Source of the DNA: an uncultured Planctomycetales bacterium
GTDB lineage: Bacteria > Omnitrophota > Gorgyraeia > Gygaellales > Profunditerraquicolaceae
Direction: 5' to 3'
DNA: 64,000 bases
Assembly (NCBI GenBank): GCA_964488935.1
Contig: CAZAVF010000001.1
Location: 753 to 64,752, forward strand
Below are positions 9,628 to 19,542 of this stretch, one piece after another. The position numbers were made by a program, and so were the translations under genes. The notes beneath the pieces are model-generated. The model had not been told where the DNA came from, did no database searches, and was given only the letters and a program-made list of their open reading frames with translations. Positions within the stretch are counted from its first letter, which is position 1, and every line of letters starts with the position of its first letter.

Positions 9628-10863
9628 CTATAGTATTCTCGCGAATACTTTCTGCATTACGAGACTTGCCGCGCCGGAAGCCACGGAATTCTCCCGCAGT
9701 TGGGAATAAACGATCTTCAGGTTATCGGTCACCTGCCGGAACGCCCATTGTCTCACCGTCTGGGTGACCTCATTCAGGAAATCCTCCCCTGCTTCCTCCA
9801 TGCCGCCGCCGATGATGACCACCTGGGGATTCAGCAGGTTCGCGAGGGAAGCGATCTTTATGCCCAGCTTGACCGCGGCGGAGCCCAAGGCTTTACGGGC
9901 CGATTTGTCCCCGGCTTTCGCGGCGGCAAAAATATTTTTCAGGCCGGCCTCCTCGGGTTTGCAGCCGGCGGCCTTCAGGAACTCCGTCTCCGCCTTCTTG
10001 TCGGACTTGAGCAGCTTATCGAGTTCGGCCGTGATGCCCAGGTCCATCTCCCAGCGTTTGAGGAAACACGGATCTCCGGCTTCGCAATTGAAAACGGCGT
10101 CCTTGGAATAATTGTATATGGAAACTTCCCCGGCGTACCCGTTGGACCCGGTATATATCTCTCCGTTTATGACGATACCGCATCCTACGCCGGAGAACAT
10201 GTAGACGATGTTCCTGTACCCGCGTCCGAGATTAAGCCAGTTCTCGCCGAAACAGGCGGCGGTGGCGTCGTTCTCTATCAACACCGGCAGGTCGAATTCC
10301 TTCTCGATTATCTCCCGCAGAGGCAGGTCCACGGAAACGTAGGCGTAGGAATGGTCCACCCTCTGCGGCCAGTGTATGCTGCCGTCTTTTTTATTCACCA
10401 GCCCGGCGATGCCTACGCCGATACCCTTGATCGCCGGCACATAGGCCTTGGAACGCCTGAGTATCTCGCGTATGATCTCAAGCACCGCCTCCGTGACGTC
10501 TTTTACCGACGAACGCGGACTGGCTATCTGCGTCTTGGTGACGATGTTGCCTTTCATGTCCACCAGCAGGCCGACCATGTTCAAAAGGTTCAGCCCGACG
10601 CCGATGATGTAACCGGACTGCGAATTGAGCTCAAGCAAAGCCGGCCTGCGGCCGCCTTCCGAGATATCAAGCTCTTTCTCGTAAACCAGGCCGCGCTTTA
10701 TATAATCGTCTATGTAGTTGGAGATTGTAACGACGTTGATCCCCATCTCTTTGGAGATGTCCGGACGGCTGATGGGGCCGCGCCTTCTCAAGATCTCCAG
10801 GATCTCGATATTGCGCTTTTCCTTTTCAGAGTAATCTTCCCTGTGCAAGTCGACAGAAAGCAT
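9628..10863 (-). CDS. ROK family transcriptional regulator (HTH + ROK sugar-kinase-like domain)
   Basis: N-terminal wHTH (EILEILRRRGPISRPDISKEMGI), ROK core GVGIAGLVN...ENDATAACFGE. Confidence 0.8.
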   Translation of the reverse strand: MLSVDLHREDYSEKEKRNIEILEILRRRGPISRPDISKEMGINVVTISNYIDDYIKRGLVYEKELDISEGGRRPALLELNSQSGYIIGVGLNLLNMVGLLVDMKGNIVTKTQIASPRSSVKDVTEAVLEIIREILRRSKAYVPAIKGIGVGIAGLVNKKDGSIHWPQRVDHSYAYVSVDLPLREIIEKEFDLPVLIENDATAACFGENWLNLGRGYRNIVYMFSGVGCGIVINGEIYTGSNGYAGEVSIYNYSKDAVFNCEAGDPCFLKRWEMDLGITAELDKLLKSDKKAETEFLKAAGCKPEEAGLKNIFAAAKAGDKSARKALGSAAVKLGIKIASLANLLNPQVVIIGGGMEEAGEDFLNEVTQTVRQWAFRQVTDNLKIVYSQLRENSVASGAASLVMQKVFARIL

Positions 10864-11036
10864 TTCGGGCAGCCTTTCCAGGTTGTCGGAACCCTTTCCG
10901 AAAGGTATTTTTATATAATTTTATACTACCAAACACTATGCAAGTCAAGTTAAAAAAAGTTTATTGTTGCGGGGGGCTGGATACATCTCTTTGCATTGGC
11001 ACCGGTTACGCGCAGGGGGCGCCGGGCGGGAGCTCT

Positions 11037-12686
11037 TCAACGCACGTCAATGATCACGAAGGACCGGTCTATGGCCCCGGAAGGGTGCAGCGCTACAACG
11101 TTGATGACGCGGCTGCCCTGTTCCAGGTAAACGGTGGAGAAACCGGCATCGTCGGCAGACAAAGCGGAGTCTTTACCGGTCTGTCCGGACCATAAGAAGG
11201 AAAGTTTGACCGGCATGCAGCCGCTTTCGGCCGTATGGGCCGAGGAAGAGACGGAAACGTTCTCCCCGGAGGACGCCGGGACGGGAGAAGCCCCCAGGTC
11301 GAGCCTGGACATATTATACCCTGCATTTTCCGGACGGAAAGAAAGCTCGAGGAAGGTCCGCAGGTTGTATTCTATAGGCTTATTACCGGCCAGTTCTGCC
11401 ATCCTTGCCCTGGAAAGGGCGACGTCCTCTTCGTAGTGCTTGCCGGCGATCCCGATCAACGCATTGTAATATTCGGCGGCGCGCGACGAGTCCCCTTCCC
11501 ACTGCAGCAGCAGGGCCAGGTGATAAATGGCCGACACGACGTAAGGATTTTGCCTGCCGGAATCCGCCAGCCGCTGCAGATAGGATTTACCGCCTTCGGT
11601 ATCCCTGAGCGCGTACATCCTTATCACGCCCGCCTTGAATACCGCCTCATCGGCGTTCTTGCCGGCGGGGAACTTCCCGGCCAGCCCGGCGTAGCGCTCA
11701 GCGGCGGCTTCGAACGAACGGCTCTTCTCGAGGTTCCACGCCCTGGCATAAAGCCGGTCCTCCTGGAAACCGTCCCTGCCCGCAAGGGATTCCGCCATGG
11801 CGAATATCTTCTCGGCGTATTCCGGGTCGCAGAAACCGCTGTCCTTATAAACGAAACGTCCGGCTATATCCAGAAGCATGGATATCTTTTCCTCTTTTGA
11901 ATACGCGGGACTCCGCAGCAGTCCTTCCGCGAAAGCGTCGTAAGCCGGTTCCGATAAAAGGGTGTTGCCTTCTTTCATGAACTGCTCGGCGAGGGCGGAT
12001 ATCTCCTCCAGCCCGGAAGCGCCGGAAGCCTTCTTTTCTATGTAAAGCTTATAGAGCCCGCCGGCTTTTATCTTTTCTCCGGAGGCGGCGAGCGCGTCCG
12101 CCGCGTCCTTCAAGACCGCGGGACCGGAGCCGTCCGCTGCGGCGTATTCACGCGCGGCGGACAGCAATTCCAGCAGCGCCTTTGACGCCGTATCCTCCTG
12201 GTTCTCCCGCAGGGCCTGCCATAGCAAAAGTCGCGAATACACCGTCAGCGCCCCCCCTTCGACGGCAGCCGATTTTACCGCCTTCTGGGCATATTCCAGG
12301 GCTTCACGCCGGTAATCCTCCCCGCTGGAGAAATATTCATCCCATTTCTTCTCCGCCTGTATAGCCGCCAGCTGATCATACCTTGCCATGCCGGCGTAAT
12401 AATAGGTCCATCCCGCCAGATCTTTTTTCTTCGCCGCGACGGTCTTGAGGGAAGAGATTAAATCCCCGTATCTGCCGGAGGAATAATAACATTCTTTCAA
12501 TTTCTGCAGCGACTCCGGTAACGCCGCCCGGAACGAAGCGGTATCGTTCCTGGAGGGAGCAATGACATTCTTAACGCACGCCTCGCAGATATCCTGTTCC
12601 GCCGGATAAGCCGGACGGGAAGAGATGAGCGCGGCAAACAGCATTATCACAAAAAGAACGGCATAAGGGATATTCATCCTCTTCAT
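11037..12686 (-). CDS. Secreted hypothetical protein, alpha-helical/TPR-like repeats
   Basis: Signal peptide MKRMNIPYAVLFVIMLFAALIS. Long helical repeat region. Start re-set from track 12713 to the MKRM ATG (shares 1 nt with stop of upstream GH gene). Confidence 0.55.
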   Translation of the reverse strand: MKRMNIPYAVLFVIMLFAALISSRPAYPAEQDICEACVKNVIAPSRNDTASFRAALPESLQKLKECYYSSGRYGDLISSLKTVAAKKKDLAGWTYYYAGMARYDQLAAIQAEKKWDEYFSSGEDYRREALEYAQKAVKSAAVEGGALTVYSRLLLWQALRENQEDTASKALLELLSAAREYAAADGSGPAVLKDAADALAASGEKIKAGGLYKLYIEKKASGASGLEEISALAEQFMKEGNTLLSEPAYDAFAEGLLRSPAYSKEEKISMLLDIAGRFVYKDSGFCDPEYAEKIFAMAESLAGRDGFQEDRLYARAWNLEKSRSFEAAAERYAGLAGKFPAGKNADEAVFKAGVIRMYALRDTEGGKSYLQRLADSGRQNPYVVSAIYHLALLLQWEGDSSRAAEYYNALIGIAGKHYEEDVALSRARMAELAGNKPIEYNLRTFLELSFRPENAGYNMSRLDLGASPVPASSGENVSVSSSAHTAESGCMPVKLSFLWSGQTGKDSALSADDAGFSTVYLEQGSRVINVVALHPSGAIDRSFVIIDVR

Positions 12687-14089
12687 TATATTTTCTCTTC
12701 CTCCAGCGGGCATTGCTTCATCAGGTCCTTTATGGGCAGCCCTTTCAGGCCGCTTGCGGCGGCATTCTTTTCCACCGGCTCTTTTTGTATTTCTCTGTTA
12801 CTCTGCGGTTTCTTCCAGAATTCCCTGATCACATAATAAGCTTTCCGCGGGACACGCCGGTCCAGCCCCGGCTCCCCGCTTTCGGGGGAAAGCGCGACGA
12901 TCCCGAACCACTCTTCGTTCATGTTCAGGCTGTCCTTGGCCTTTATGTCGAAATAATAGCTCCCGTTAGACCAGTGAGGCTGGGTGTCGTGCACCGTCCA
13001 GGTAGCCGGTGAATTCGGATTGTTCTTCCACCATTCGTCGGTCCACTCGAACATGACCCCGCCGAGACAGTTCCCGGCGCCCTCGCGCCTGCCGGCAAGA
13101 TTCTGGTATATCTGCCTCCACTGGGATTCGAGAAAGAACGCCTGCATGTCCTGGTCTTCCCTGTTGCGGTAGGAATCGTAGCTGTCGGCGCCGAATTCGG
13201 TCAGCACCACCGGTTTATCGAAGGTCGCCTTGAGCGAATTGAACAGGTTCCCGAACGTCTTGCCTCTGTAGATTATACATCCCAGCAGGTCGACGTCTGG
13301 ACAGTACTTGGCCGCGCATTCCAGACCGACCAGTTCTCCGTTGCCGAGGGCGACCGGATGGTCGGGATCTATCTTATGTATCTCCTGCGCCAGTTCGTTG
13401 ACGAATGTGTAATATATCCGGGCGCGCATCGCTCTTTGTTTGACCGGGTCCGGCTCTTTGTCTATCTCGTCCGTGCTCCAGGGATTTATCTGCCCCGTGA
13501 AAGAATAATTGTTCTCGTTGCCCAGCAGCCAGAAAAGTATGCCGGGCTCATCCTTGTATGTGCGCACCATGTCAAGGACCTTTTCCTTGACCTTGTCGCG
13601 AAAGGCCTGGTCGCCGTAGAACGGCCCCGGGTACTCCCAGAACCCGAGCCAGTTGCCCATGATCACCCGCACGTTATAAAGCCTGTAGAGATCGTTCAGT
13701 ACCGCCTTCACTTCGGCCGCGTCGTCGGCTGGCTCGTATAAACGGATGGTATTTACGCCCATGTCCTTCATCATCTTTCCGTCGGCGAGCCAGGGTTTAT
13801 TCTGATCCTGCCACCAGGAATAATCCGACCCCTGCCCGACGGGTACCGGGTTGTAACAAACGCCTTTCACTATGTAAGGCCTGCCGCAGACCAGCAGCTG
13901 GTAATCCCCGTTCTTGAGAACGCGTATGCCGACCTTGGATTGAGGTTTGGCGGAGGTCGTGCCGCAAAGCAGGAAAAGGCAGGCCAGAAAAACACCGCAG
14001 GCCGCGGAGAACGACGCTCCGCGGCCCGCGATACCGGTCTTGTGGCCGCCGGTGATACCGGCGGCGGTGTTATTCGTACTTGATCTCAT
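12686..14089 (-). CDS. Clan GH-A glycoside hydrolase (GH2-TIM-barrel/GH5-like), secreted
   Basis: Signal peptide; NTIRLY, LGNEN (acid/base) and VVLTEFG (nucleophile) motifs. Paralog of the C-terminal domain of 15437..17746. Confidence 0.7.
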   Translation of the reverse strand: MRSSTNNTAAGITGGHKTGIAGRGASFSAACGVFLACLFLLCGTTSAKPQSKVGIRVLKNGDYQLLVCGRPYIVKGVCYNPVPVGQGSDYSWWQDQNKPWLADGKMMKDMGVNTIRLYEPADDAAEVKAVLNDLYRLYNVRVIMGNWLGFWEYPGPFYGDQAFRDKVKEKVLDMVRTYKDEPGILFWLLGNENNYSFTGQINPWSTDEIDKEPDPVKQRAMRARIYYTFVNELAQEIHKIDPDHPVALGNGELVGLECAAKYCPDVDLLGCIIYRGKTFGNLFNSLKATFDKPVVLTEFGADSYDSYRNREDQDMQAFFLESQWRQIYQNLAGRREGAGNCLGGVMFEWTDEWWKNNPNSPATWTVHDTQPHWSNGSYYFDIKAKDSLNMNEEWFGIVALSPESGEPGLDRRVPRKAYYVIREFWKKPQSNREIQKEPVEKNAAASGLKGLPIKDLMKQCPLEEEKI

Positions 14090-15221
14090 CCAGGTAGAAG
14101 ATTATGCCGTCGGGATTGACGTCGGCATTGGTCGCCCAGCAAAAACCTCCTATGATGTAAGAAAGGTCCTTGCCTTTCAGATCGATCGAATACTGCTGCC
14201 AGTCCTTGGTAAGAACGACAGGGCCTATCCCGGCGGTGTCCGAATCGGAGAACTCTCCCATTATCCCGCCGATCTTGAACTCCTCTATGCGTTCGCCGCC
14301 CTTGGCGCCGCGCGCCCAGAAGGTTACCTTTGTCGCCTTGGAAAGATCGAACCCGGCGTCGATACTGCCCCAGTTGTTGGCGGGGTTCTGCCAGTAAATA
14401 CCGCCCCAGCGCGCGCCTTGCGCGCCCTTGGCGGTATATATCACCTTGATGCAGGTATCGCCCAGATAAGGATCTTCCGAGGAAGAACCGTCATATTTTA
14501 TGTCGCCGTAGTCCCCCATCCAGCCGGAAGCCACGAAATGGTTGCTTACCGAGCTTTTATCGGAGTAAACATAAAAAGGCACGTCCTGCTGTTTCCTGCC
14601 CTCAGGCTTCATCTCCTGGTCGGCCGAGAACTTTATGTCGTCGATATAAAAGACACAGCCGTCCGGGTTAAGATCGGCGGTCGTCACCCAGCCGAAGCCC
14701 CCGCTGATGTAAGACAGGTCGCGGCCGGCGAGGTTTATCGTATATTCCTTCCATGTATCTGTCAATTCCACCGGCCCGAACTCTGCCGTCGCGGAATCGG
14801 TATAATCGCCTTTTATTCCTCCCACAACGAATTTCTGGATGACCTCGCCGCCTTTGGCGCCGCGCGCCCAGAAAGTCAGTTTGGTCATGCCGGTAAGGTC
14901 GAATCCTCCCTTTTTGCTCCCCCAGTTATTGGCGGGATTCTGCCAGTAAACCCCGGCCCATCCCTGGCCCTGCGACTTCTTGGCCGAATAAGTGAACTCC
15001 ATGCTGGTGGACCCGGAATGAGGATTCTCCAGGGACTGGTCGTTCATCTTGATGTCGCCGAAATCCCCCATCCAGCCGGAAGCCGCGTAATGATTGTCGG
15101 GAGACTTGGTGTCGGTATAGACACTGAAAGACTTCAGGTTATCCGCTTGTGCGTGAACAAAAGTAACGGCTAATGCCGGGACCAACACGGCAAGCAATGT
15201 GATCATCAATAATTTTCTCAT
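14070..15221 (-). CDS. Secreted protein made of two tandem CBM-like domains
   Basis: Signal peptide; two roughly 175-aa repeats each with SGWMGD-GDIK...WQNPANNWGS...TFWARGAKGGE...GGF-W. The duplication is visible at DNA level. Confidence 0.65.
   Translation of the reverse strand: MRKLLMITLLAVLVPALAVTFVHAQADNLKSFSVYTDTKSPDNHYAASGWMGDFGDIKMNDQSLENPHSGSTSMEFTYSAKKSQGQGWAGVYWQNPANNWGSKKGGFDLTGMTKLTFWARGAKGGEVIQKFVVGGIKGDYTDSATAEFGPVELTDTWKEYTINLAGRDLSYISGGFGWVTTADLNPDGCVFYIDDIKFSADQEMKPEGRKQQDVPFYVYSDKSSVSNHFVASGWMGDYGDIKYDGSSSEDPYLGDTCIKVIYTAKGAQGARWGGIYWQNPANNWGSIDAGFDLSKATKVTFWARGAKGGERIEEFKIGGIMGEFSDSDTAGIGPVVLTKDWQQYSIDLKGKDLSYIIGGFCWATNADVNPDGIIFYLDEIKYE
14070..15221 (-). repeat. Intragenic tandem duplication (2 x about 525 nt) encoding the two CBM-like domains
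   Basis: DNA segments around 14270-14410 and 14830-14960 align at roughly 75 percent identity (for example gccgcccttggcgccgcgcgcccagaaggt / gccgcctttggcgccgcgcgcccagaaagt). Confidence 0.6.
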
Positions 15222-15436
15222 CTTAAAACCCCTCCATAATGGACCGCGGATATATCTTTCTTGCCCGCGTTCCTTTCCCCGGGCGGCCGCTGAAATACGG
15301 GACCGGCGGCCGCGCTAAAAGGGAACGATTCCTTAGTAACATAACCCATACCTTATTCCGAGTTCAGACTGCCTTTACTGCCTGTATTCCTCCTTTCTAC
15401 CTCCTGCACTGTAACAGATACCGCGTAAAAAGCGTT

Positions 15437-17746
15437 TCAATGATTCCATTTCTTCTTATACATGAAATACACCGGTCTCAATTCCCTGAGGAACGGGCTG
15501 TTCTTGCCGTCCCCCTGCCCGCATATCCCAAGCCATTCTTCATGCATAAAACCGTCCGGGAAAGGCCCGGTGAACAGACCTTTGGTGTCGTGCATGGACG
15601 GTTCATAGGCTTTCCACCATTCATCCAGCCATTCAAAGATCACGCCTCCTATGGCGTTGCCTTCGCCTTCGTGAAAAGCCATGTTCTCTTCTATATCCTC
15701 CCAGGCCCCGCGGTGGTATTCGGACTGCGCCTTTTCCGACGCCTCTACGCTGCTGCCGAGGGCAAAGGCCGGACATCCGTATTCCGTGATGAACGCGGGT
15801 TTACCTGTCTCTTCCCTGACCTGGCGCCAGAGGAACCCGAAACCGTAGTCTCCCCGGTAGGCGTTGGTGCCGAAAATATCCACGTCCGGAGCGTTCTTGC
15901 CGAACTTATCCAGGAAGAGCACGTCTCCGCTGCATATCGCCACCGGATGTTCGGGATCTATCTCTTTGACCCTCTTTGCCACCTCGTTGGCGAACTTGAA
16001 GAAAGCCTCGGGCTCCTTGTCCGCGTTGCAGGCGAAACCGTAAACGTTCTCGTTGCCCAGCAGCCAGAAAAGGACGTAAGGCTCGTCCTTGAATTCCTTC
16101 ACCATGCCGAGCACGGATTCCATCATCTTCTTCTTGTGCTCTTCGTCGTTATAATCCGTTCCCGGGTACCAGGAAGCCCCCGAACCTATGGCGTATTTGC
16201 CGAGAAAATCGCCCAGGATCACCCTGATGCCGTAGTCCTTGTACATCGCGCGCATCAATTCCTTGTTCACCTTCTTGGGATGATGATAAAGCCTGATAGT
16301 GTTTATGCCCATATCCTTCATCAGTTTGAAGTCGCCTACCGCCGGTTCATTGGCGTCGCGGGTGTTGTTCCTGTTCTTGTCCACGAAAGAATCGTAAGGG
16401 CCGTCTATCCTGCCGTTGGAATTGAAATCTTCCTCCATCCAGTTGCCGAGGGTCCCCTCATCGGGGGACTGCCCGATCTTTGTCGGGGTATAAGTGACGG
16501 CCCTGATCACGTACGGCTTGCCTTCGACTATCAGCTGCCAGCCTTCGTCATCATACTGGACAAGATGCACTTTCCCGCCGCCCAGTTGTCTTTTTACCTC
16601 CGGAGCGCGTCCGCCGGGCAGACGCTCCTGGATCTTCTTCAACGAGGCTGTCTTCACGAATTTCCCCGGGGTGGTCACGGCCATATCGTTGGAGACGTCG
16701 TTATCGAAACCGTTCAGTATCTTTATGTCCGCTCCGGCCAGTTTGTAGCCGAGAGACGGGTTGTTGCGCAATATATAATTTATTTTTGCGATAGCGGCCT
16801 GCCCCACATACCAGGGAGTATGCCAGTAGGTCCAGCCGTAGGTGCCGGGGAAATGCACGACTATCGCGTAATAACATTTAAGGGCGTGTTTATATAAACC
16901 GGATTTTTCCAGTATAAGCCCGAGATAAAAAAGTTTCACGCCCTGCGGCTCCGGCGCCGTGGCCCATTTCAGGAAAGCCGCTTCCAGGTCCGGGGAATGC
17001 ACGTAATCCCAATGGGAACCTTCCAGCCTTTTTTCCTTCTGCGCCTTTTTGTAGGCCGGGTCCCAGCGTATGGAAGTGGTGTTGGGATAGATCCCTTCGC
17101 CCACCGCGGCGCTCAAACCTTCCTGGTCCTTGACGACGTATTTGTACTCCGCGGTGCCGGTCCTGGTGAATTCCCCGTATTTTTCATAGTCAACCACGTC
17201 CTCTTTGCCGGGGTCATACAATTCTATTACCGTAGGCAGCTGGCTGACTTTCTTCTTTTCCTCTATCTCTATAGAACCGGTCTCTATCTTCTTGACGCTC
17301 TGTTCCGAGGCCAGCGCGATCTTCCAGTACCACCCGCGCTGGTCCCAGGCCTGGGCGAACGGATATTTCTCTATGATGGTCTTGAACAGTTCCTTCGCCT
17401 CGTCGTTCTTCCCCTGCCGCATATAGCTCTCCGCCTGGATGAAATAGGCGGTGGCGACGTCGTTGAGGACACTTACGGCCTGTATCTCCTCTTTGTGGGA
17501 CGGGAGCTCTTTCAGCGAGGACTGTTGTTTCAAGGCCTCCGCGGCATACAGCTCAATGCACCTGCCGGTATATTTAAAGGTGGCTTCCACGTCTCCGCTG
17601 CCGTGCGCCTGCCAGGATTTGGTGATCAATACCGAAGAGGACTCGGCGGACGTCTCCGCGGCCGTAGTGCCGTCTCCGGACCAGGCAACGCCTCCGGAAA
17701 GAAGGAAGGGAACAAAACATAACGGGATTAAGAAGGATGGTTTCAT
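15437..17746 (-). CDS. Secreted glycoside hydrolase: N-terminal helical/TPR-like region + clan GH-A catalytic domain
   Basis: Signal peptide; C-terminal NTIRLYHHP, LLGNENVYG, AFITEYG motifs paralogous to 12686..14089. Confidence 0.7.
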   Translation of the reverse strand: MKPSFLIPLCFVPFLLSGGVAWSGDGTTAAETSAESSSVLITKSWQAHGSGDVEATFKYTGRCIELYAAEALKQQSSLKELPSHKEEIQAVSVLNDVATAYFIQAESYMRQGKNDEAKELFKTIIEKYPFAQAWDQRGWYWKIALASEQSVKKIETGSIEIEEKKKVSQLPTVIELYDPGKEDVVDYEKYGEFTRTGTAEYKYVVKDQEGLSAAVGEGIYPNTTSIRWDPAYKKAQKEKRLEGSHWDYVHSPDLEAAFLKWATAPEPQGVKLFYLGLILEKSGLYKHALKCYYAIVVHFPGTYGWTYWHTPWYVGQAAIAKINYILRNNPSLGYKLAGADIKILNGFDNDVSNDMAVTTPGKFVKTASLKKIQERLPGGRAPEVKRQLGGGKVHLVQYDDEGWQLIVEGKPYVIRAVTYTPTKIGQSPDEGTLGNWMEEDFNSNGRIDGPYDSFVDKNRNNTRDANEPAVGDFKLMKDMGINTIRLYHHPKKVNKELMRAMYKDYGIRVILGDFLGKYAIGSGASWYPGTDYNDEEHKKKMMESVLGMVKEFKDEPYVLFWLLGNENVYGFACNADKEPEAFFKFANEVAKRVKEIDPEHPVAICSGDVLFLDKFGKNAPDVDIFGTNAYRGDYGFGFLWRQVREETGKPAFITEYGCPAFALGSSVEASEKAQSEYHRGAWEDIEENMAFHEGEGNAIGGVIFEWLDEWWKAYEPSMHDTKGLFTGPFPDGFMHEEWLGICGQGDGKNSPFLRELRPVYFMYKKKWNH

Positions 17747-17748
17747 CT

Positions 17749-18597
17749 TTATCCTACCAGCGCCCCCTGAGTGACGCCTTTGACGATGTATTTCTGCATA
17801 AAAATATAAACAAGGATTATGGGCAGGGCGGTGATGGTCAACCCGGCCATAAGCAGCGGATAACGCGTTATGAATTCCCCCTGGAACGTCATCAACGCCA
17901 CCTGGAGAGGCATCAAAGGCTTGGAATCGAATATGATAAGCGCCAGCACGTATTCATTCCAGACGTTCAGCGCGTTCAGGACCACCACTACCGCCAGGAC
18001 CGGCTTCGCCAGCGGCAGGGCGACATGCCGCCAGATGCCGAGTTTGGAGCAGCCGTCTATCCTCGCAGCGTCCTCCAGTTCCTTGGGCATCTTGTCGAAA
18101 AACGTTTTCAGGAGAAAAATGCTGGTCGACAATCCCACGTTGATCATACAGAGTATATAGCCTATCGGGGTATTGCGCAGATGCAGTTTGTTCAACAGGA
18201 CATAAAGCGGGACGAAACTCCCCGGTATGGGGATCATCATCGCGGCCATGAACATATAGAAAATAAGGTTCCTGCCCGGGAAGGTGAAACGGGAGAATGC
18301 GTAAGCGGCCAGCGAGGAGACCACCACGATGCCTAGCACGACTACGGAGGTATAAACAATGCTGTTGAAAAAATTCCTCCCGAACCCGCCCTGCTGCCAG
18401 GCCAGGACGTAATTCTCGAAATGAAACTCTTTGGGTATGAGGGACATATCCCTGAAAATGGTCTCCTGGGTCTTGAGGCTGGAAGAGAACATCCAGAGCA
18501 GCGGGAAAATGCAGGTCAACGCCACCGCTATAAGGAAAGCGTAAACTATAACGTTAACAGCCACTTTTTTACCGCGGTAATATTTATCGCTTTTCAT
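17749..18597 (-). CDS. Carbohydrate ABC transporter permease (MalG/UgpE-like)
   Basis: 6 TM, EAA-loop region (DAARIDGCSKLGIWRHVALPLAKP). Confidence 0.85.
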   Translation of the reverse strand: MKSDKYYRGKKVAVNVIVYAFLIAVALTCIFPLLWMFSSSLKTQETIFRDMSLIPKEFHFENYVLAWQQGGFGRNFFNSIVYTSVVVLGIVVVSSLAAYAFSRFTFPGRNLIFYMFMAAMMIPIPGSFVPLYVLLNKLHLRNTPIGYILCMINVGLSTSIFLLKTFFDKMPKELEDAARIDGCSKLGIWRHVALPLAKPVLAVVVVLNALNVWNEYVLALIIFDSKPLMPLQVALMTFQGEFITRYPLLMAGLTITALPIILVYIFMQKYIVKGVTQGALVG

Positions 18598-18621
18598 ATA
18601 CGGCAGCGCTCCTCCGGCGCG

Positions 18622-19500
18622 TTAATATTGCCTTGACCTTTTGGAAAAACGGTACTGCACGAACGAGATTATTATCAGCACCACCCCGAAGACAATGCCC
18701 TGCGCGCAGGCGTAACCGAAACGCGACGAACCGCGCATGGAAGCCAGTATGCGCAGCACCGGCACCTGCGTGTGGTAAGCAGGACCGCCGCCGGTCATGG
18801 CGATGATCAAAACGAACGCCTGCATGGTGCCCAGGACCGTGAGGATCGCCACCAGGATCGCCACGGGGATCATCAGCGGCATGGTTATGTTCTTGAAACT
18901 GGCCCAGGCATTGGCGCCGTCAACGCGCGCGGCTTCGTACAACTCCCGGGGGATCGTCTGCAGCCCTGCCAGGAAGATCAGGAAGCCCCAGCCGAAACCC
19001 TTCCAGCAGTGCACCACGGCCACGGTGGTAAGCGCGGTCTGCGGATCGGAGAGCCAGTTCTTTGCCAGATGCGGCAGCCCCATTTTGAGCAGCCATGCAT
19101 TGAAAAGCCCGTAGTTACCGTCCAGTATCCACTGCCATACAAGGCCTACCACAACTTCGGAAAGCACCGGAGGGATGAAAAATACCAGCCGGAAGAAATT
19201 CTTCATCCTTATCTCCCTGTCGCAGGCCATGGCCAGCATGAAAGCCAGCGCGTTCTGGAAAATAATCGCGATCAGGGTGATATACCCGGCGTGCCACATG
19301 GAAAGCCACCAGATATTGTCCTGGGTGAGGACTTCTTTGAAATTGGCGAGACCGACGAAGGTCTTGGTGGGAAGAATGCCGTCCCATTCGTACATACCGA
19401 GCTGGAAGACCCAGATGAACGGTATAAGATAGAAAATAAGGAAAATCGTTACCGCGGGCAGAACGAAAAGATAATTTTCCAGTGTCGATTTAATACGCAT
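18622..19500 (-). CDS. Carbohydrate ABC transporter permease (MalF/UgpA-like)
   Basis: 6 TM, EAARVDGANAWASFKNITMPLM EAA motif. Confidence 0.85.
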   Translation of the reverse strand: MRIKSTLENYLFVLPAVTIFLIFYLIPFIWVFQLGMYEWDGILPTKTFVGLANFKEVLTQDNIWWLSMWHAGYITLIAIIFQNALAFMLAMACDREIRMKNFFRLVFFIPPVLSEVVVGLVWQWILDGNYGLFNAWLLKMGLPHLAKNWLSDPQTALTTVAVVHCWKGFGWGFLIFLAGLQTIPRELYEAARVDGANAWASFKNITMPLMIPVAILVAILTVLGTMQAFVLIIAMTGGGPAYHTQVPVLRILASMRGSSRFGYACAQGIVFGVVLIIISFVQYRFSKRSRQY

Positions 19501-19542
19501 TTGAGCCGTTTGATCGCCGGGGTTTCAGCCGCGCGGCGGATA

